Positions 63,043 through 64,000 of a DNA stretch of 64,000 nt are shown piece after piece (the stretch's first letter is position 1; each line of letters begins with the position of its first letter). The translations under genes were made by a program, and so were the position numbers. Below the pieces are notes generated by a model. That model did no database searches, was not told where the DNA came from, and worked only from the letters and a program-made list of their open reading frames with translations. Origin of the DNA: Eledone cirrhosa (taxonomy: Eukaryota); NCBI GenBank assembly GCA_964016885.1, contig OZ024740.1:101122001-101186000 (forward strand), given 5' to 3'.

Positions 63043-64000
63043 TCCAGACTGCCCGGCACTATAAAAGACAGATTCTATGAGACACTGATGCTAACTACCT
63101 CCCAAATATCCGACAGTGACTATATAATTATTGCAGGCGACCTAAATGGTCACGTTGGACAACATTGTGACGGCTACGACGAAATCCATGGAGGCTATGG
63201 GTTTGGTACTAGAAATGAGGAAGGCTCCAGAATCCTGGAATTCTGTGATGCAAATAACCTAACTATCTGTAACACTAACTTCAAAAAACGTGACAATCAC
63301 CTGATCACCTATAGATCTGGGGAACACACAAGCCAGGTAGATTATATCCTTACCAGAAGACGTGACAGAGTGTCTGTTGTAAACACTAAATCCCTCCCCC
63401 ATGAAGAATGCACCTCCCAACATAGACTGATAATTAGCGACCTCATAGTCAGGACGAGACGTACTCAACAGCAGAAGAGGACTATCCTCAGGAGAAAAAT
63501 ATGGAAGCTAAAGGACCCCACAGCCAGAAATAAATTTCAAAGCATATTACCTGATGCTTTCGACAGTAAGGAAGAACATTTAGAGTCGGACAATATAGAG
63601 GGACAGTGGGAATTTCTGAAAGCAAACCTGCTGTTGGCGACAGACGAAGTCTGTGGCTGGAGCAGGCCTGTAGGCAGGAGGAGAGTAACATGGTGGTGGA
63701 ACAGTAAGGTGGAGGGGTCAATTAAGGCCAAAAAGCAGGCTTGGAAAGTATGGCGGGATGGGGGAAGTAGAGAAGACTATCAAGTGGCCAGGAGGGAAGC
63801 TAGGAGACAAGTGTACTTAGCAAGAAGGGAAGCTGAGGAAAGAAAGTTCAAGCATGTTCTACAACGCGATGACCAAAAACGTGAGGTGTTCAGGATTGCT
63901 AGGCAATGCGTCAAGGAAAACCGTGATATTGTCGGGGAGAAGTGTGTACTTAACGATGATGGCATACTTGCCATCACCGACGCTGATAAGAAGGTAGCTT
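63043..64000 (+). mobile_element. RTE LINE family A, 5'-truncated, runs off the window
   Basis: KDRFYE...IIAGDLNGHVG...SQVDYIL...WWNSKV; homologous to 46370-46580 joined to 50285-51020. Confidence 0.93.

Overview
AT-rich, microsatellite-rich eukaryotic DNA made almost entirely of transposable elements. The repeat set (tRNA-headed CORE-type and Meta-type SINEs, RTE LINEs with (GAT)n tails) suggests an octopus or other cephalopod genome; this is an inference. No host protein-coding exon could be supported. Contents: at least 7 RTE-clade LINE copies, 4 L1/Tx1-like LINE copies (one nearly full-length, one nested in an RTE that is itself nested in a SINE), a 3' fragment of an R4/Dong-like RLE retrotransposon, 2-3 Penelope-like elements (one Naiad-type), a mariner relic, a piggyBac-type MITE and many SINEs. 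The most interesting signals are: (1) several type I hammerhead ribozyme motifs from unrelated families, each in a short island between (TA)n tracts, including a 321-bp tandem-plus-inverted, ORF-less, retrozyme-like unit with a U3-A8 hammerhead; (2) a SINE whose 3' end matches the Tx1-like LINE 3' end; (3) a consensus splice donor at the ORF1/ORF2 junction of two divergent Tx1-like copies; (4) partitioning of (TA)n versus (AAT)n microsatellite targets among retroelement families. All calls were made by eye; boundaries of degraded elements are approximate.
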